The notes under the pieces were generated by a model, which ran no database searches, had not been told where the DNA came from, and saw nothing but the letters and a program-made list of their open reading frames with translations. Below, in pieces: positions 43,665 to 43,988 of a DNA stretch of 43,988 nt. Positions within the stretch are counted from its first letter, which is position 1, and every line of letters starts with the position of its first letter. The translations under genes and the position numbers were made by a program. Origin of the DNA: a virus; IMG/VR virus record IMGVR_UViG_3300012944_000032. One strand, given 5' to 3'.

Positions 43665-43693
43665 ATTATACAACACTCTCTGCCGAAAGTCAA
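43665..43693 (-). promoter_or_regulatory. Near-consensus sigma70 promoter for the leftward early arm
   Basis: Minus strand reads TTGACT-ttcggcagagagtgttg(17)-TATAAT. The repeat array lies in the predicted transcribed leader. Confidence 0.75.
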
Positions 43694-43865
43694 CCCCTAT
43701 CCCTTCCCCTGTGGGTAGTGTTTGGTTTCTTGTATTTCTTATTATATATTTTTATATATATTAATAAGAAGAACAACAGAAACCCAGCACGGAAACCCGA
43801 GAGCCCCAAAAAGGGAGGGGGGTAGGCTATGCCAGAGAGGGGTATCGTCGGCCGAAACGGCGATA

Positions 43866-43988
43866 AGTCTCGAAAAATCAACAGGTTGCGGTCGGGCGGA
43901 CGTTCTTTTCTGTTACGACACATTACGACACATTACGACACATTACGACACATTACGAGCGACGTTTCGCGTAAGATTCGCTTCTGAG
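43866..43988. repeat. Right copy of the exact 123-bp terminal direct repeat
   Basis: Identical to 1..123. Implies a 43,865-bp genome unit. Confidence 0.95.
43913..43962 (+). repeat. Second copy of the CGACACATTA x4 array, within the right terminal repeat
   Basis: Identical to 48..97. Confidence 0.95.

Noticed and set aside
43511-43693. N-terminal 61-aa extension of track ORF 43307..43693
   Set aside because: The extension (DTFRH...DTFRH) is a read-through of the 10-bp repeat array, and it begins inside the promoter -35. The internal ATG at 43510 is the credible start.
1-43988. Temperate lifestyle or prophage features
   Set aside because: I recognised no integrase, excisionase, CI/Cro-like pair or attachment-site signature. 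The ParB-like HTH and the repeat arrays alone do not establish a plasmid-prophage lifestyle.

Overview
The window is one complete, densely packed dsDNA phage genome. Bases 1..123 are identical to 43866..43988, so the unique unit is 43,865 bp. This is either a short physical terminal repeat or an assembly overlap of a circular map.

The genome has two convergent arms.
- **Plus-strand late arm (2239..28381):** a DUF4157-like HExxH protein, two paralogous GT-A glycosyltransferases (one fused to a SAM methyltransferase), large terminase, portal, scaffold, major capsid, a triplicated small beta-rich protein family, tail and fibre genes including a collagen-like fibre, a GNAT-like protein, and three large Q/G/A-rich putative internal virion proteins.
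- **Minus-strand early/replication arm (43510..28371):** a RanBP2-type zinc-finger protein, a SpoVG-like protein, an SNF2 helicase, a C39-like cysteine peptidase, an Asn/Tyr-rich protein, a Cas4/RecB-like nuclease, a Sak4-like ATPase, a DUF669-like SSB candidate, family-A DNA polymerase with an N-terminal family-4 UDG domain, a VirE/DUF3987-like P-loop protein, and many tiny CxxC zinc-ribbon ORFs.

The arms diverge from a control region of about 2.9 kb (43511..43865 joined to 1..2238). It holds only one convincing gene (523..1095, minus strand). It also holds three near-consensus sigma70 promoters and several short-repeat arrays:
- 10-bp phased CGACAC arrays in inverted orientation around an AT-rich core.
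- A dense TGCAC array with a perfect 12-bp palindrome.
- GGCA-N7-TGCC dyads that also match the sigma54 -24/-12 consensus.
- A CAGAAC array.

A 12-mer, CATCGCATGAAC, recurs at gene-proximal positions on both arms.

I saw no integrase or repressor, no tRNA, and no CRISPR. I could not recognise a small terminase, an endolysin or a primase. Shine-Dalgarno sites and TTGACA/TATAAT promoters point to a host with canonical SD and sigma70 usage. The host is otherwise unknown. All homology calls are motif recognition by eye, not database searches.
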